Assembly (NCBI GenBank): GCA_051891815.1
Contig: JBJFFO010000010.1
Location: 16,207-80,206 of the forward strand
Length of the DNA: 64,000 nucleotides
Direction of reading: 5' to 3'
DNA from: Candidatus Nanosyncoccaceae bacterium
GTDB lineage: Bacteria > Patescibacteriota > Saccharimonadia > Saccharimonadales > Saccharimonadaceae
The position numbers and the translations under genes were made by a program. The notes below the pieces were generated by a model. The model did not search any database and was not told the DNA's origin. It worked only from the letters and a program-made list of their open reading frames with translations. How positions within the stretch are numbered: position 1 is the first letter of the stretch; each line of letters starts with the position of its first letter. This document shows positions 62,072 through 64,000 of this stretch, one piece after another.

Positions 62072-63475
62072 ATGAATTTCAAGACGATTTTGAAGTCTTT
62101 CAAAAACAAAGACATGCTAAAACGCATCCTGACAGTTATCGGTATTTTGGTTGCCTATCGCATTTTGGCTCACGTTCCAGTACCGCTTGGCGACAATGCA
62201 ACCTTCAAAGATGCTGTCAATAATCTTATCAATGGCACCGACTTTGGTGGCTTTATCAACTTAATTTCTGGTGGTGGCCTCACAAATCTTTCTATCATTC
62301 TAGTCGGCCTATCGCCGTACATTACGGCCTCCATTGTTTTGCAGCTTCTAACAAAAGCTATTCCAAGCATGGAAGAGCTCAGCCAAGATGGCGAAGCCGG
62401 ACGTCGTAAGATCAATCAGTGGACTCGCATTGCGTCAATTCCGCTCGCAATCATGCAATCTATTGCCTACGTTTATCTTCTTTCGCAATCCGTGCTTGCA
62501 ACCAACGCCACTGACACTGTTCAGCTCACCACCTACCAGTGGGCGCTAGCTGTTACGGCTATGACGGCCGGCTCTACGCTCTTGATGTGGCTTGGCGAGC
62601 TTATTACCGAGCAAGGCATCGGCAATGGTATCTCTACTATTATTTTCTGTAGCATCGTTTCGAGCCTCCCAAGCACCATTGCGCAATTCGGCGCCCAACT
62701 CTTCGATACGAGCCAAGGCACACTCAGTCTCTTTGGTTGGGTTAACCTCCCAGTCAACCCAACTGTCTTCTGGATCTTGCTCGCCTGCGCTATCGGTATG
62801 ATTGCAATTCTTTACATCCTTGTAAAAATTAACGAAGCTCAGCGTATTATCACGATCAACTACGCCAAGCGCGTTCATGGCAATAGTGCCTATGGCGGTA
62901 TCAAGTCCATCATGCCAATCAAACTCATTGCAGCCGGCGTTGTGCCAGTCATCTTTGCAGTTGCATTCTTGTCCGTCCCATCCTTTATCGGTCAACTCAT
63001 TCAAAAAGGCGACTCCAGTAGCGTAATCGCCAAGAATTTGGTTGATTGGTTCTCGGCGCCTAATGTTACTTCGCTCGACGAGCTCAGCTTCACCGACTTC
63101 ATCTATCCAATTCTTTACTTTATCCTAGTTGTTGCATTTACTTACTTCTACACCAGCATTATCTTCAATAGCAAAGAAATCGCCGAAAATATTCAAAAGC
63201 AAGGTGGCTTTATCGAAGGCGTACGTCCAGGCCTTGCTACCGAAAAGTACTTCAAATACACCGTTAATCGTCTCAATTTCTTTGGCGCCTTCGCCTTGGG
63301 GCTCATCGCGCTATTGCCATACGCAGTCGACTATATCTCGCTAGCACTTCTTGGCTACACGCTCGGCATCTCGGTTTCCGGTACTGGACTTCTTATCGTC
63401 GTCACGGTCGCACTTGAGAATATCCGCCAGATCAACTCTCGCGCCTTGATGGTCACCTACGACGATTATAAATAG
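62072..63475 (+). CDS. secY: preprotein translocase subunit SecY
   Basis: 467 aa, about 10 TM segments. LGLSPYITASIVLQLL and GRRKINQWTR. Confidence 0.97.
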   Translation: MNFKTILKSFKNKDMLKRILTVIGILVAYRILAHVPVPLGDNATFKDAVNNLINGTDFGGFINLISGGGLTNLSIILVGLSPYITASIVLQLLTKAIPSMEELSQDGEAGRRKINQWTRIASIPLAIMQSIAYVYLLSQSVLATNATDTVQLTTYQWALAVTAMTAGSTLLMWLGELITEQGIGNGISTIIFCSIVSSLPSTIAQFGAQLFDTSQGTLSLFGWVNLPVNPTVFWILLACAIGMIAILYILVKINEAQRIITINYAKRVHGNSAYGGIKSIMPIKLIAAGVVPVIFAVAFLSVPSFIGQLIQKGDSSSVIAKNLVDWFSAPNVTSLDELSFTDFIYPILYFILVVAFTYFYTSIIFNSKEIAENIQKQGGFIEGVRPGLATEKYFKYTVNRLNFFGAFALGLIALLPYAVDYISLALLGYTLGISVSGTGLLIVVTVALENIRQINSRALMVTYDDYK

Positions 63476-63483
63476 GATAAATA

Positions 63484-64000
63484 ATGGGATTAAAAATTAA
63501 CCAAAAAGCAAAACTAATCCCGAGAATTATCGGGTGGGCCCTAGTCGGAATCTTAGTTATTTTCATGATTAAGATTCTCGCCTGGGAGAACAACTATTAC
63601 AAGACCAAGTCCGAGCAAACGCGCGCCGAAACAGTGCCCGTACTCACTGTCGTGGAGCATAGCATTGCGCCTAGCGAGCAAGAGCTCAACGACAGCACTT
63701 ATGCTAACTTCCAAAGCGAAGCCGATATGCCTCGCTACCTAAAAATTGAGCGTCTTGGCATTAAGACTATCGTACGCAAATCTGAAATGAGTAGTTATAT
63801 CTTACCGATGCCGGACAATATCCACGAAACCCTGTGGTATGCCGGATCTTCGCGTCCAGGACAAGGTCGCAATGTGATTATTAGTGGCATTAGCGCTGGC
63901 GCCACCAAGGATGGTGTTTTTAAGAATCTTGATAGTCTCGAAAAAGGCGACGAAATTAAAATCGAGAATGGCAACGGCTTTGAATATACCTATGAAGTCG
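63484..64000 (+). CDS. membrane-anchored sortase-fold-like protein, 3' end outside window
   Basis: My translation: MGLKINQKAKLIPRIIGWALVGILVIFMIKILAW...YLKIERLGIKTIV...LWYAGSSRPGQGRNVIISGISAG...GDEIKIENGNGFEYTYEV. The layout resembles sortases, but the usual His after the NVII strand is not evident. Confidence 0.6.
   Translation, partial: MGLKINQKAKLIPRIIGWALVGILVIFMIKILAWENNYYKTKSEQTRAETVPVLTVVEHSIAPSEQELNDSTYANFQSEADMPRYLKIERLGIKTIVRKSEMSSYILPMPDNIHETLWYAGSSRPGQGRNVIISGISAGATKDGVFKNLDSLEKGDEIKIENGNGFEYTYEV

Noticed and set aside
1-64000. Alternative genetic code (UGA recoding, as in some CPR lineages)
   Set aside because: All conserved genes (r-proteins, EF-G, EF-Tu, SecY) translate full length with the standard code and stop where expected.

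Overview
The window looks like chromosomal DNA from a small-genome bacterium of the CPR/Patescibacteria type, most like Saccharibacteria/TM7. That placement is an inference from gene order, rpsE abutting rplO with no rpmD (L30), and Lys/Ala-rich tails on housekeeping proteins. The backbone is housekeeping: parB-frr, rpmG, rplA, two CdsA-family genes, rplK-nusG-secE, glgP, then rpsL-rpsG ... fusA-tuf ... rpsJ ... rplC-to-rpsH ... rplF-to-rplO-secY. Two tRNAs are present, Thr-GGU and Gln-CUG. I saw no rRNA, CRISPR array, IS element or recombinase.

The backbone is interrupted by accessory DNA of clearly different composition.

(1) An ~11-kb AT-rich island (1976-13198) lies between the intact tRNA-Thr and a perfect 48-bp copy of its 3' half. 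It carries:
- an ADP-ribosylglycohydrolase translationally coupled to a 727-aa HExxH protein;
- an XRE-controlled operon of a small beta-rich protein plus an 828-aa adenosine-deaminase::SLOG fusion;
- a GC-rich paralogue of the small protein;
- a truncated SF2 helicase;
- a Fic protein.

(2) A PLD-nuclease/SF2-helicase/DUF3427-like giant sits at 23170-26046. A second, divergent copy of the HExxH protein sits next to tRNA-Gln at 28124-30169.

(3) A GC-rich, tightly coupled four-gene operon (33944-38485, minus strand) encodes an unassigned 285-aa protein, a vWA/MIDAS protein, a strongly divergent PurA-like (adenylosuccinate-synthetase-fold) ligase, and an HhH/alpha-helical protein. It is flanked by a His-rich small protein and a SpoT-type HD hydrolase.

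(4) Several promoter-plus-terminator cassettes are inserted inside the str/S10/spc ribosomal-protein cluster.

My best candidates for an undescribed system are the ADA::SLOG module and the PurA-like/vWA operon. All functional calls come from motifs I could read in the supplied translations. No database search was run.
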